Shown here piece after piece: positions 63,253-64,000 of a stretch of DNA of 64,000 nucleotides. The stretch covers positions 6,140,001 to 6,204,000 of the forward strand of contig OZ076409.1 of NCBI GenBank assembly GCA_964187785.1. Reading direction: 5' to 3'. Under the pieces are notes generated by a model. It was not told the DNA's origin. It made no database searches and worked only from the letters and a program-made list of their open reading frames with translations. The stretch comes from Amphiscolops sp. MND2022. Its lineage: Eukaryota. Position 1 is the stretch's first letter, and the number at the start of each line of letters is the position of its first letter. Both the position numbers and the translations under genes were made by a program.

Positions 63253-64000
63253 CTTGAGATATTTTCCCCAATTTGAGCATGTTTTTGAAAAAAAAATGGT
63301 CTGGGAATTTTAGATTCTATGGATTCTACAGATTGTCTAAAGTCCAATGGTATGTTTTTTATGCCAAAATTTTCGACAGATTCCGAGAAAATCGAGCCTT
63401 AAAATAGGTCAGGGACGATCTCTCAATCACAGTACTGTGCTTAAAAACTGAATCATGAAAAACAGTAAGGCCAAAATTTGATTATCCAAACCTTGAATCA
63501 AGTAATCGGTTGATTTAATCGCGAACTAGTTTCGAATAATGTATAAAATTACAATAATTTTGAGAAATCATCTATTTTTAAAGTGATCAGTAAACGATTA
63601 ATTGAGAAATGTTCATGATCAACGCATTAAAATATTTACCAGACTAAAAATGACTGAATCATCACATGAAAAGTGCAAAGTAACGTCAAGAAATTTAAGA
63701 AACTCGAATGATGAATAAATTTTTAACCGATTATTATTCTAAGAGTAAAAACGACTAAACTAATTGACGATAATTGGTTAATATTTACTTAATTGACGGA
63801 TAATTGACTTAATAAGTTGAAGGATAAATTTTAGCATTAAAGATGAACAATCAAAAAGTTGGAAATGTCTGATGGAAACTGAACTTAACAGCAAATCATT
63901 CCGAAATAAAATAAGAAACCGCAGAAAAGAATGAAGCTCCAAGAGTCCCAATTACAAAATAATGAGAGTACGATACTTAAAATTTAGTTTCCCGATTCAT

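Overview
AT-rich, intron-containing eukaryotic (probably invertebrate animal) genomic DNA dominated by transposable elements; the species cannot be determined from the sequence. 1-8.4 kb is the 3' half of a plus-strand Ty3/Gypsy-like LTR retrotransposon. Between its pol end and the LTR end it carries an antisense, spliced, disrupted gene resembling a hAT transposase (zinc finger plus degenerate RNase H-like strand) and a small sense gene with a SUMO-interacting-motif-like segment. 17.2-34.3 kb is a nest of minus-strand Gypsy sequence: two LTRs flanked by 5-bp direct repeats and a decayed gag-PR-RT-RH-IN element with a 3.55-kb internal tandem duplication. All three LTR types encode a Gag-like N-terminus inside the LTR. 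34.8-39.6 kb holds two decayed RTE-like LINEs. 46.6-56.4 kb holds the last six exons of a minus-strand host gene for an RRM-type RNA-binding protein (DAZAP1/Hrp48/hnRNP A-B-like) with a long Gly/Tyr/Gln-rich tail. Introns and intergenic DNA contain many MITEs (hAT-, Mutator- and TA-type), a DINE-1/Helentron-like family and two satellite-like arrays. All calls come from reading the sequence by eye; no searches were run.
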